Of a DNA stretch of 64,000 nucleotides, positions 63,640 to 64,000 are shown piece after piece (position 1 is the stretch's first letter; every line of letters begins with the position of its first letter). A program made the translations under genes and the position numbers. The DNA comes from an uncultured Pseudomonadota bacterium (GTDB lineage Bacteria; Pseudomonadota; Gammaproteobacteria; Burkholderiales; SG8-39): the NCBI GenBank assembly GCA_937907425.1, contig CALCIE010000082.1, positions 13,505 to 77,504 of the forward strand. The letters are read 5' to 3'. A model generated the notes under the pieces. That model did no database searches, was not told where the DNA came from, and worked only from the letters and a program-made list of their open reading frames with translations.

Positions 63640-64000
63640 ATGAACCTACGTCCTTCCCGCATCGTCATCGTCGGTGGTGGCATCGCGGGGCTGGCGACGG
63701 CGCTCAAGCTGGCGCCCATGCCCGTCACGCTGCTGGTCAAGGCGCCCCTCGGTACCGAAGCCTCCACGCCTTTGGCCCAGGGCGGCATCGCCGCGGCGCT
63801 CGGCGCGGACGACTCGCCGCGCCTGCACGCGGCCGATACGCTCGCCGCTGCGGCCGGCGTCGGCGATCCGCACATCACTTCCCGCGTCACCGGCGAAGCA
63901 GCGGCCTGCATCGACGATCTGCTGCGCTACGGCGTGCCCTTCGACCGTGACGAGAACGGCCGTCTCGCGCTCGGCCTGGAAGCGGCGCATTCGCGCCGGC
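63640..64000 (+). CDS. nadB: L-aspartate oxidase (N-terminal part; runs off window)
   Basis: My own translation from ATG 63640: MNLRPSRIVIVGGGIAGLATALKLA...TPLAQGGIAAALGADDSPRLHAADTL, the FAD dinucleotide fold and NadB/SdhA-like motif. Not in the ORF track because it has no stop in the window. Confidence 0.8.
   Translation, partial: MNLRPSRIVIVGGGIAGLATALKLAPMPVTLLVKAPLGTEASTPLAQGGIAAALGADDSPRLHAADTLAAAAGVGDPHITSRVTGEAAACIDDLLRYGVPFDRDENGRLALGLEAAHSRR

Overview
High-GC chromosomal segment that is almost entirely core genome. The host is probably a betaproteobacterium; this is an inference from cmk-rpsA-ihfB-lapAB synteny, split hldA/hldD, sdhCDAB-sdhE-gltA order and a NadQ-nadAB locus. I call about 60 protein genes and 4 tRNAs (Ser-UGA, Ser-GCU, Arg-ACG, Ser-GGA). 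I see no rRNA, CRISPR array, transposase or integrase.

Gene blocks, in order:
- 1-11.6 kb: cmk, rpsA, ihfB, lapA/lapB, LPS core sugar genes (ugd, hldA, hldD), cysM, a PolB-like exonuclease, rlmD and a BI-1/YccA protein.
- 12-13.7 kb: an HTH protein and aspartate kinase.
- 13.9-19.9 kb: a six-gene Pha/Mnh cation:proton antiporter operon.
- 20-24.9 kb: guaD, a PLD-family protein, an AI-2E transporter and folE.
- 25.0-30.0 kb: an uncharacterised same-strand cluster (CBS protein, BON protein with a long Q/G/Y-rich disordered region, two exported low-complexity proteins, two ferritin-like diiron proteins).
- 30-34 kb: zwf, an ICMT-like methyltransferase overlapping a patatin-like phospholipase, a DenV-like glycosylase and a frameshifted Cys/His-rich gene.
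- 34-36.2 kb: an orphan PAS histidine kinase and a cold-shock protein.
- 36.3-54.6 kb: a TCA-cycle supercluster (acnA, mdh, sdhCDAB-sdhE, gltA, sucAB-lpdA, zapE, glcG-like, fumC).
- 54.6-59.5 kb: a SET-domain protein with a histone-H1-like tail, a YqhA-like protein, acs and an FAD oxidase.
- 59.5-64 kb: tRNA-Ser, a frameshifted thermonuclease, a DUF3293 protein, a zinc-ribbon protein and nadQ-nadA-nadB.

The best candidates for something new are the 25-30 kb stress-type cluster, the dual 21-bp operator-like palindromes plus leader hairpin upstream of nadA, the SET/H1-tail protein, and the two apparent frameshifts.

All calls come from reading the sequence and the ORF translations by eye. Start codons are best guesses, and no database search was run.
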